Part shown: one piece after another, positions 39,895-48,043 of the stretch
Numbering within the stretch: the first letter of the stretch is position 1
How the letters are laid out: each line of letters begins with the position of its first letter
DNA from: an uncultured Bacteroidales bacterium
GTDB taxonomy: Bacteria > Bacteroidota > Bacteroidia > Bacteroidales > VadinHA17
DNA length: 64,000 nt
Direction: 5' to 3'
NCBI GenBank assembly: GCA_963844935.1
Contig: CAWJQH010000003.1
Location: 238,505-302,504, forward strand
Translations under genes and position numbers: made by a program
The notes under the pieces: generated by a model
What the model saw: only the letters and a program-made list of their open reading frames with translations
What the model was told of the DNA's origin: nothing
Database searches by the model: none

Positions 39895-41111
39895 GCGTCA
39901 TGGACGGCAGGAGAATTCTTATCAGCCCGCTGAACTGGGGCCTGGGTCATGCCGGCAGGATGATCCCGCTTGCACTTGAGCTCAGGAAAAAGGGACACGA
40001 GATCATCTTCGGCGCTGACGGGAGCATTATTCCTGCGATTGAAAAAGACCTTCCGGGAATAAAGATCATTGAAATTCCCGGTGTAAGAATACGATATTCC
40101 GCGGCTCTTCCGCAGTATATCAGCATCCTCCTGCAGGTGCCGCATATAGTCCTGGCATCATTCCGGGAGCATTCGGCGCTTAAACACCTCGTCCGCGAAC
40201 TGAAACCTGACATTATAATTTCAGACAACAGGTTCGGGTTTTTTCATAAAGATATCTTCTCCGTTTTTGTCACACACCAGCTCCGGATACCATTCCCTAA
40301 ATGGCTGAGGGTTATTGAGCCGGCAGCAGCCTGGCTTAACAGGAGAATAATCGGCAATTTTGATCTGTGCCTGGTGCCCGATTACCCGGGAAATGAAAAT
40401 CTTTCCGGCCGCCTCTCGCATCAGCTGAAATTGCCTGATAACGTGTTCTACATGGGGCCTCTCTCAAGGTTCAGCGGCGCAACTGCAGGTGAGGCACACA
40501 AGAGTGAGTCAGATATAAGTGAGGCTTCCATGGGTGAGGCAGACACAGGAGTGGCAACCACGCATGAGGCAACTGCGGGTGAGGCGAAAACAAACCTGCC
40601 CCATCCATATTTTTGTCTTATTCTTTCAGGGCCCGAACCGCAGCGGTCAATCCTTTTTGAAAAAGTAAGCGGGGCCCTTTCCGGTAACAGGCTTGTTGTA
40701 ATGTGCGGGAGCCCTGCGCCCCGGTACCGGAAAAAACCTGATAACACTACTGGCATTGCTGACCATGGCAATATCACTTTCATCACTGACCCTGACACGG
40801 CGACAATGAAGAAAGTCATTTCGGGGAGCTCCCTGGTCATCGCCCGTGCCGGCTACTCATCAATCATGGAACTGGTTTCACTGGGAAAGGGTGGTGTGAT
40901 TATCCCGACGCCGGGACAGACAGAACAGGAATACCTGGGGCAGTACCATAACGGACGCCACGGTTTCATAACCCTGAAGCAAAACCAGCTGGAACACCTG
41001 CGTGAAATCTCACCGGAAACACAGGAGGCGCTGACGCCTTTTTCACCCGAAACGGCCCCTCTTCAGGAGGAGGCTTTCAGACTTTTACTTGAGCAGAATA
41101 AAAAGAGTTAA
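39891..41111 (+). CDS. GT-B-fold glycosyltransferase (MurG/GT28-like) with a repeat-rich inter-domain insertion
   Basis: RILISPLNWGLGHAGRMIPLALELRKKGHEI N-domain. C-domain ...ARAGYSSIMELVSLGKGGVIIPTPGQTEQ. ATGA start/stop overlap with the radical SAM gene. Confidence 0.6.
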   Translation: MSVMDGRRILISPLNWGLGHAGRMIPLALELRKKGHEIIFGADGSIIPAIEKDLPGIKIIEIPGVRIRYSAALPQYISILLQVPHIVLASFREHSALKHLVRELKPDIIISDNRFGFFHKDIFSVFVTHQLRIPFPKWLRVIEPAAAWLNRRIIGNFDLCLVPDYPGNENLSGRLSHQLKLPDNVFYMGPLSRFSGATAGEAHKSESDISEASMGEADTGVATTHEATAGEAKTNLPHPYFCLILSGPEPQRSILFEKVSGALSGNRLVVMCGSPAPRYRKKPDNTTGIADHGNITFITDPDTATMKKVISGSSLVIARAGYSSIMELVSLGKGGVIIPTPGQTEQEYLGQYHNGRHGFITLKQNQLEHLREISPETQEALTPFSPETAPLQEEAFRLLLEQNKKS

Positions 41112-41720
41112 CGCCATCACACCCGCACCTGCGAACAATCCTGTCCAGGTCTCTGTCGGCGTGTGATCATCAAGATAGAGCCTTGATGACATCACCCCTC
41201 CCCCGATCAGCACAATAGTCACCAGTTGCCAGGTTGATCTGATGTCATAAAGCATGATCATGAAGACTATAAGTGAAAGTAACCCTCCGAAGCCGGCAGC
41301 GTGCAGTGATATCCGGTAGACGGCAGTGATTATCAGGGTTACCAGTGTCACAAATGCCGTTGATATAAAATATGCCCTGAAAAGATTCGGCACCTGGATT
41401 TTTAACAGCAGTATCGCCGTGACAGTGTACATCAGCAGGGCGAAGGTCAGCAGCACAACCCTCTCGTTCCGGTCACGTGCATTGAATGTTTTTATGGCTC
41501 CGCGCATATACAGGATGGCAGCCAGAGACAGAGGCAGGATAACATTGTTTGCCAGAACAAGTAAAAAAATCGTCCACTTCATCCGTGCGGGGATGAATGA
41601 AAGAAGTGTTGGTGAGCTGTAAATAAGAAGCAGTCCGTACAGCGGGATGAACACAGGATGAAAAACCACCGAAAAAATCTTCGATATCCTGACGATCCAT
41701 TGTTTTTCTCCTGAACTCAT
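41085..41720 (-). CDS. Integral membrane protein, possibly PAP2-superfamily-like
   Basis: Six hydrophobic segments. ...RISLHAAGFGG... and ...SRLYLDDHTP... are reminiscent of PAP2 motifs. Overlaps rpoN by 4 nt. Assignment is weak. Confidence 0.35.
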   Translation of the reverse strand: MSSGEKQWIVRISKIFSVVFHPVFIPLYGLLLIYSSPTLLSFIPARMKWTIFLLVLANNVILPLSLAAILYMRGAIKTFNARDRNERVVLLTFALLMYTVTAILLLKIQVPNLFRAYFISTAFVTLVTLIITAVYRISLHAAGFGGLLSLIVFMIMLYDIRSTWQLVTIVLIGGGVMSSRLYLDDHTPTETWTGLFAGAGVMALTLFILLK

Positions 41721-43186
41721 TTTATCTCCTTTCTCATCCTTGCGACGGGAATATTCAGTTGTTCGCGGTACTTGGCCACTGTCCGGCGGGCAATCTGGTA
41801 ACCCTTCTCCTGAAGTATCTCGGTCAGTTTCTCATCCGTCAGAGGCCGGCGCTTGTCTTCGCTGCCCAGGCATTCCTGGAGTATCCTTTTGATCTCCCGG
41901 GTCGAGACCTCGTCACCTGCATCAGTCTGCATTCCCTCGGAGAAAAAGAACTTCAGCGGATAAATGCCGAAATGCGTCTGGATGTATTTGCTGTTCGCCA
42001 CCCGCGATACAGTAGAGATGTCAAGTCCCGTCATCTCGGCTACATCTTTCAGGATCATGGGCCGGAGTTTGGTGTCGTCACCCTCGTAGAAATACTCTTT
42101 CTGATATTCCAGTATGGCATTCATTGTAAGCAGAAGGGTATTCTGCCTCTGTTTCATTGCATCGATGAACCACTTCGCGGCATCAAGCTTCTGTTTGACG
42201 AACATAATTGCATCCCTGTTCTGCTTGCCGGCAGCCTTGTCACGTGAATATGTTTCCAGCATCTCGCTGTAACCCCTGCTGACCTTCAGCTCCGGGATAT
42301 TGCGGTTGTTAAGGCTGAGCTCCAGCGCTCCGTCAGTCAGCTCAAGGATAAAGTCCGGTATAATATGCTGTGCCGTCTTGTGGTAAGGGTCGTTTACTGC
42401 CCCTCCGGGCTTCGGGTTCAGCTTCAGAACCTCGTCAATGACACTCTTCATCTCCTCTTCGCTGATCATGAGCTTTGACATTATCTTCTCATAATGGCGC
42501 TTTGAGAACTCATCAAAGTAATCTTTCAGGATGGTTTTAGTGAGGAGTATTGCAGGCGACGAAAGATCTTTTCTTTCTATCTGCAGAAGCAGGCATTCAC
42601 GCAGGTCGCGTGCCCCCACTCCCGGGGGATCGAGGTCCTGGATGATTGCAAGCACCTCGTTCAGCTCCTTGGTGTCGGTGGTTATATTCTGAAGGAAGGC
42701 AAGGTCATCCACCATATTGTCGACCTCTCGCCGGAGATAGCCGTCGTCATCGATATTACCTATAATATATTCGCCGAGGGTCTCCTGCCTTTCGGTGTCA
42801 GCCCGGAGATTGAACTGTGATGTAAGGCTCTCATGGAATGACGATCCGACTGAATAAGGGATCTCGTCCCTCCGCTCCTCATCCTTCGAGGTGTTATTCA
42901 TCTGCAGGCGGTAATCAGGAATATCCTCGTCATTGAGATAATCATCAAGACCGAATTCATCCTGCTCACGCTCCTCCTGCGCTTCTGTTATTTCATCCTC
43001 ATCCTCGCCCTGATCCTCATCTCTTTCTTCCCCTTCTTCTCCCTCTTCCAGTGCCGGATTCTCCTCCAGCTCTTTCTTGATACGCTGCTCGATCTGCATG
43101 GCAGGCACCTCCAGCAGCTTGATCATCTGTATCTGCTGCGGTGAAAGCTTCTGGAGCAGTTTCTGCTGTAATTTCTGGTCGAGCAT
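41717..43186 (-). CDS. rpoN: RNA polymerase sigma-54 factor
   Basis: N-terminal MLDQKLQQKLLQKLSPQQIQ glutamine-rich region I, acidic region II, RpoN box ARRTVAKYREQLNIP. Confidence 0.9.
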   Translation of the reverse strand: MLDQKLQQKLLQKLSPQQIQMIKLLEVPAMQIEQRIKKELEENPALEEGEEGEERDEDQGEDEDEITEAQEEREQDEFGLDDYLNDEDIPDYRLQMNNTSKDEERRDEIPYSVGSSFHESLTSQFNLRADTERQETLGEYIIGNIDDDGYLRREVDNMVDDLAFLQNITTDTKELNEVLAIIQDLDPPGVGARDLRECLLLQIERKDLSSPAILLTKTILKDYFDEFSKRHYEKIMSKLMISEEEMKSVIDEVLKLNPKPGGAVNDPYHKTAQHIIPDFILELTDGALELSLNNRNIPELKVSRGYSEMLETYSRDKAAGKQNRDAIMFVKQKLDAAKWFIDAMKQRQNTLLLTMNAILEYQKEYFYEGDDTKLRPMILKDVAEMTGLDISTVSRVANSKYIQTHFGIYPLKFFFSEGMQTDAGDEVSTREIKRILQECLGSEDKRRPLTDEKLTEILQEKGYQIARRTVAKYREQLNIPVARMRKEIK

Positions 43187-43206
43187 GCCCTTGATCTCTT
43201 AACTCA

Positions 43207-44595
43207 CTAAAACTCTGCGTTGCGCGGAGTACGCGGGAACGGTATTACATCACGGATATTCCCCATACCCGTCATGAAAAGTATCAGCCGTTCAAAGCCG
43301 AGTCCAAAACCTGAATGGGGTGCCGTGCCGAATCTCCTCGTGTCAAGATACCACCACAGGTCCTTGACCGGCAGCTTCAGCTCTTCAATCCTTCGCGTCA
43401 GCTTTTCAAGATCCTCCTCCCTCTGTGATCCCCCGATGATCTCGCCAATGCCCGGGAAGAGCACATCCATCGCTCTGACGGTCAGATCATCGTCATTCAT
43501 TTTCATATAGAAGGCCTTTATTGTCTTCGGATAATCGGTAAGTATGACCGGCCGTTTGAAGTGCTGTTCCACCAGGTATCGTTCATGTTCTGCCTGCAGG
43601 TCACGTCCCCATCCTACCGGATACTCCCACTTCCTGTCTGCTGCCTCGAGTATTTTAATTGCCTCGGTATAAGTAAGTCTCACAAAACTGTTGTCAAGAA
43701 CAAACTGCAGCCGCTCAATAAGATCCTTGTCAATCATCTTGTTGAGGAACTCAAGGTCTTCCCTGCAGTTGTCAAGAGCGTACCTGATGAGATACTTGAG
43801 GAAATCCTCAGCCAGGTCCATATTGTCATTGAGATCCCAGAATGCCATCTCCGGTTCTATCATCCAGAACTCTGCCAGGTGACGGGGGGTGTTCGAGTTT
43901 TCTGCCCGGAAGGTCGGACCGAAAGTATAGATCTCCCCGAGGGCGAGAGCCCCCAGCTCACCCTCAAGCTGTCCTGAGACTGTAAGGTTAGTTGGCTTGC
44001 CGAAGAAGTCCTTCTCAAAATCAATGGCTCCTTCCCCGGTGCGGGGCAGGTCATGCAGGTCAAGCGCCGTAACGTGGAACATCTCACCCGCACCCTCGGC
44101 ATCGCTCCCGGTAATGATCGGCGTATGCATGTAAAAGAACCCCCTGTCGTTATAATACTTGTGTATGGCAAAGGCCATAGCATGCCTGATGCGCATCACC
44201 GCACCGAAAGTGTTTGTGCGGAAACGGAGGTGAGCTATCTCCCTGAGAAATTCCATCGAGTGACCCTTTTTCTGAAGGGGGTAACTGTCAGGATCACATT
44301 TGCCGTAAAGAACTATATCAGAGGCCAGTATCTCAACACTCTGTCCCTTGCCCTGCGATACTTCAAGCGTTCCGGTCACCCCTAGGCTTGCACCTGTGGT
44401 GATATCCTTCAGTAAATCTGCCGGAAAAAGGCTGATGTCAACTACCACCTGTATGTTATTTATTGTGGAGCCGTCATTCAATGCAACGAAAGCAACATTC
44501 TTAATCTCCCTCTTCGTCCTTACCCATCCTTTTACAAGCACTTGCTCACCGGTAACATGATTCGCCAGCAGATCCTTTACTTTTTTCCTCTTCAT
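43207..44595 (-). CDS. asnS: Asparagine--tRNA ligase
   Basis: Class II motifs [21 protein letters not shown] and [10 protein letters not shown], 462 aa. Confidence 0.95.
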   Translation of the reverse strand: MKRKKVKDLLANHVTGEQVLVKGWVRTKREIKNVAFVALNDGSTINNIQVVVDISLFPADLLKDITTGASLGVTGTLEVSQGKGQSVEILASDIVLYGKCDPDSYPLQKKGHSMEFLREIAHLRFRTNTFGAVMRIRHAMAFAIHKYYNDRGFFYMHTPIITGSDAEGAGEMFHVTALDLHDLPRTGEGAIDFEKDFFGKPTNLTVSGQLEGELGALALGEIYTFGPTFRAENSNTPRHLAEFWMIEPEMAFWDLNDNMDLAEDFLKYLIRYALDNCREDLEFLNKMIDKDLIERLQFVLDNSFVRLTYTEAIKILEAADRKWEYPVGWGRDLQAEHERYLVEQHFKRPVILTDYPKTIKAFYMKMNDDDLTVRAMDVLFPGIGEIIGGSQREEDLEKLTRRIEELKLPVKDLWWYLDTRRFGTAPHSGFGLGFERLILFMTGMGNIRDVIPFPRTPRNAEF

Positions 44596-44791
44596 AGTTG
44601 GTACTTACTTAACCATTGCAAAAATAGCATTTTGTTCCTCTTGCGGCAACGAACAGCTAATTAATGGCACTATTTTTGTGCGAATGGGCAATTTTCAACT
44701 CAGTGCTAGCGTTGTTAATAAGTGTTCCGGCTATTTGAATTCACACCGGAATTAGGTAATTTTACCTTGCATAACTTATAATACTAATTAT

Positions 44792-45638
44792 ATGGAAGTT
44801 GACAGCAAGATAATCGTAGTGCCATGGGACTTCACTCCCGTTACCGAGTATGCCCTGCAGCATGCCATAAAGATATCGCGCATGACACACAACGATATCT
44901 GCCTCCTGCATATCGTTGAGAAGATCACAACGGAAGGCGGGATAAAGGCGAAACAGGCCGCAATGAATAATCAAGGGAAACGAGATTGAACGCAAATTAT
45001 GGCGTTACGGTCAAGACGCATGTTCAACGCGGCACTATATTCAAACAGATACCTGAGTTTGTCAATGACCGCAGTGCATCACTGGTTGTCATGGGTACAC
45101 ACGGGATGAACGGGATGCAGAAGCTCACCGGCAGCTGGGCCCTGAAGGTTATCGCAAAGTCAAGGGTTCCATATATAGTGGTTCAGGCACCGCCTGCCGA
45201 CATGGAGAAATTCCGCACCATCGTATGCCCTATTGACTGGCGCGCCGAGGAGAAAGAGAAGCTCTCAATGGCAATTTACATGAGCAAATACTTTGACACG
45301 AAGGTGCACATCCTGAAAGCAACCAGAAAAGATGAGTCACTGGCCAAGAAGGCTAACCTGAATCTTAATTTTACAGTTAGAATGCTCATACAGAACAATA
45401 TAGAGTATGAGATCAAGGAAGGTGCCATTCGGATAAGCTTGGCGAGCAGACTATTGAGATAGCACAGCAGCTTAATGCTGACCTCATCCTGATAATGACC
45501 ACCAAGGACATCACCTTTGCAGACTATGTGGTCGGGGCCAAGGAACAGTATATCATTGCCAACAGTCAGAAGATACCGGTATGCTGCGTCAACCCGTCGT
45601 CTGCCTTCGCCAACATCGGACAATTCATGTATGGATGA
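44792..45638 (+). pseudogene. Tandem-domain universal stress protein, interrupted by two -1 frameshifts (or sequencing errors)
   Basis: Three colinear pieces in phases 2, 1 and 0. Piece 1: MEVDSKIIVVPWDFTPVTEYALQHA.... Piece 2: ...NANYGVTVKTHVQRGTIFKQIPEFVNDRSASLVVMGTHG...IVCPIDW.... Piece 3: ...DKLGEQTIEIAQQLNADLILIMTTK...IPVCCVNP, ending at TGA 45636-45638. Confidence 0.6.
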
Positions 45639-45700
45639 TTTGCGATTGCAGATTTTCGGTTTTCGATTTAATTAACCTGAAAATCGATCATCACTGACCC

Positions 45701-45730
45701 ATTCGCAAATCGCAAATCGCAAATCGCAAA
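45701..45730. repeat. Heptanucleotide tandem repeat, (TCGCAAA)x4 in the 45703-45730 register; reverse complement of the 2496-2522 element
   Basis: Read directly: attcgcaaatcgcaaatcgcaaatcgcaaa. It ends 7 nt before the ATG at 45738. The sequence GATTTGCGATT at 45637-45647 is complementary to AATCGCAAATC within the tract. Confidence 0.85.
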
Positions 45731-45737
45731 TTCCTTC

Positions 45738-46448
45738 ATGTCTGTTTCTGTATACTCATGTTACAAAAACCTATGGTGCTCAGAAGGCCCTTGATGATGT
45801 TTCATTCACCATCGCCAGGGCGAGATAGCCGCTTTTATCGGTCCCAACGGAGCCGGGAAATCTACAATGATGAAGATCATCACCGGATTTCTGGCTGCCG
45901 ACCTCGGTGAGGTGACTGTCTGCGGCTTGCCTGCTGGACCCTCAATGACCGAGGTAAAGCGCCTGATAGGCTACCTCCCGGAAAATAATCCTCTCTACAC
46001 TGAAATGTATGTCAGGGAGTACCTCGGATATGTGGCTGACATATATAAAATGGGCAGGAAACGGAAAGAGGCAGTTGACAAGGTAATTGAGCGCACAGGA
46101 CTTGCTCCTGAACAGAATAAAAAGATAGGTGCACTGTCAAAGGGATACCGGCAGCGTGTGGGGCTTGCTCAGGCATTGATACACGACCCGCAGGTGCTTA
46201 TCCTTGATGAGGCCACCACAGGTCTGGACCCCAACCAGATAATTGAAATACGTAACCTCATCTCAGAGGTGGGCACGGAGCGGACAGTAATGCTCTCAAC
46301 GCATATCATGCAGGAGGTTGAAGCCATCTGCAGCCGGGTTATTATTATTGATCACGGCCGGATCGTTGCCGACGGTCCGCTTGCAGAAGTCACCGCCCTT
46401 GCCGGCGCCGGCCTCGAAGACACCTTCAGGAAACTGACAGGTAATTAG
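45738..46448 (+). pseudogene. ABC transporter ATP-binding protein (ABC-2/GldA-like N-terminus) disrupted by two compensating frameshifts near the 5' end
   Basis: ATG 45738 (phase 0) gives MSVSV... Phase 1 gives ...THVTKTYGAQKALDDVSFTIAR, then TAG at 45826. Phase 0 again gives EIAAFIGPNGAGKSTMMK (Walker A), LSKGYRQRVGLAQAL, LILDEATTGLD. No permease gene is adjacent. Confidence 0.6.
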
Positions 46449-46460
46449 TTCTTTGCCGGT

Positions 46461-47513
46461 TTAACTGTTCAGATCATTGTAGGCAGCTTCCATGAGGAGA
46501 AAGAATGCCTGCGCTTCGGTTGACGAGCCCGGATGGTCGAAGGATGGCGCTCCGGAAGCACCTGTTACAAAACCGTGCTCATCTATCTTCGAATATGCGG
46601 CCTGCCTCATCATGTCAGCCTGCTTCAGGTAGGAGGGTTCAAGCCACGCACCCTTAATTCCCCTGTATATAGAATAAGCAAGCATCTGTCCAAGGTTAGT
46701 CTCAACAAAAGTTTCAGGTTCGTTGACATAATCATGAAAGAGGCCGTCAGGTCTGAGGTGAGCACAACACCCATCCAGTAAATCACGGTGGTAACTGATC
46801 AGCCGCTGTTTGTCCTCCTTCATTGCCTCCGGCAGCATTCGGATCACCCGTGCATAACATGCTGCAGCCCAACCGTTACCCCCACCCCAGTACCTGTTGC
46901 TGATAAATCTTTGTTCACCATCGTGCCAGCGGTGTGAGAATAATTTGTCTTTCCTGTTCCATAGCACTTTCGTGAAGCCCTCGATCTGGGTAAGTGACTC
47001 TTTGTACTTTCCGGCGGCGGCAATGAATGGAGGAGCCATATATATAGAATCACTCCATATTTCAGGAGAATTCATCGTGTGATATAATATTCCCTCTCTG
47101 CTCCTGGGAGCCTTTACAAGAAGCCATTCAAGCATTCTGTCAGCACCCGCCTTCAGGTCCTCCTCCTTCGTCATCTCATAGGCTTTCAGCACTGCCTCGC
47201 CTGCTGCAGCGGGATCAGTCACTCCGTTATCAGTATATACCACAGCCAGCCTGCCGTCTTCGCGCTGTCTCAGGACAGCCTCTTTAGCCATCAGGTATAC
47301 CATTTCATTGTCACCCAGCTCAAGCATCGCCTGTGCTGCGACCCCATGCTCCCATGAAGCACGCTGCATGGAGAACATTGCACGCCTTACCTTTTCTATT
47401 GCCTCTTCCTGAGGATTTTTCTCCATATCCTTGCTTTCTGCCTTACATGCCGGGAATGCAGCAATGCCAGTCCCGGCAATTGCTGTGCTGATGAAAAAAT
47501 GCCTGCGATCCAT
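46461..47513 (-). CDS. Glycoside hydrolase family 88/105-like (unsaturated glycuronyl hydrolase type) with a Tat-like signal
   Basis: MDRRHFFISTAIAGTGIAAF twin-arginine-like start. YWGGGNGWAAA corresponds to the W(A/G)RGNGW motif of GH88/GH105. An alpha/alpha-toroid-like length of 350 aa. Confidence 0.55.
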   Translation of the reverse strand: MDRRHFFISTAIAGTGIAAFPACKAESKDMEKNPQEEAIEKVRRAMFSMQRASWEHGVAAQAMLELGDNEMVYLMAKEAVLRQREDGRLAVVYTDNGVTDPAAAGEAVLKAYEMTKEEDLKAGADRMLEWLLVKAPRSREGILYHTMNSPEIWSDSIYMAPPFIAAAGKYKESLTQIEGFTKVLWNRKDKLFSHRWHDGEQRFISNRYWGGGNGWAAACYARVIRMLPEAMKEDKQRLISYHRDLLDGCCAHLRPDGLFHDYVNEPETFVETNLGQMLAYSIYRGIKGAWLEPSYLKQADMMRQAAYSKIDEHGFVTGASGAPSFDHPGSSTEAQAFFLLMEAAYNDLNS

Positions 47514-47684
47514 AGTTCTTAATGTTATCAGGTTGACAAACTTTATGGAATTCAAGATAAGCAATCATTGAATGTAAAGATTCATTCACCATGCATTTTA
47601 AATGATACATTTTGCATGATTTTTTGTTATCAGCTCTGATTTCAACATTCGTTTGTTCCTTTGGCCACTGTAGCTTTAGTGAAA

Positions 47685-47701
47685 GATGATCGTAGATCAT
47701 C
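47685..47701. repeat. 17-bp palindrome GATGATC-GTA-GATCATC
   Basis: Read directly. The arms are exact reverse complements, with two GATC sites. Confidence 0.8.
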
Positions 47702-47787
47702 GTATTATTGTAGAAAAGGTCATAAATAAGAATACAGGATGACCGCAGGCCATCAAATAATTAAGTCGGTATAGAAACCAAATTATT

Positions 47788-47806
47788 TGATCATCTACGA
47801 TGATCA
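47788..47806. repeat. 19-bp palindrome TGATCATC-TAC-GATGATCA (copy 1)
   Basis: Read directly. 8-bp arms are exact reverse complements. Identical 20-mer to the copy at 47841. Confidence 0.85.
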
Positions 47807-47840
47807 TAAAATCTAAATTACCCCTAGTCCTACAAAAATC

Positions 47841-47859
47841 TGATCATCTACGATGATCA
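47841..47859. repeat. 19-bp palindrome TGATCATC-TAC-GATGATCA (copy 2)
   Basis: Read directly. Starts 53 bp after copy 1, about 185 bp upstream of the metK ATG. Confidence 0.85.
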
Positions 47860-48043
47860 TCTCTGGTAAATTGAAAACCTTCAGCCAAACATTATCCTTT
47901 AACCTTTTTTTTTATCTTTGCCCTGTTATCGACGGTGGACAAATTTGTACTGATTGCAACCACGGAAAAAAATGCTAAAACGGTTTCCCCCGCTGCTTCT
48001 CAACAATCCGTCCCTGCCATTGTTAAACACTAAAAATTAACAT

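Noticed and set aside
47443-47700. 85-aa minus-strand ORF in the metK upstream region
   Set aside because: Its ATG lies inside palindrome 1. It overlaps the better-supported Tat-signal start of the GH88/105 gene in another frame. It shows no motif.
47880-48043. SAM-I (S-box) riboswitch upstream of metK
   Set aside because: I could not find the conserved SAM-I core elements (GAGGGA, GCCC...GCAACC, GUGC.AA, or a paired anti-terminator/terminator). Only an unclassified possibility is kept as a low-interest finding.
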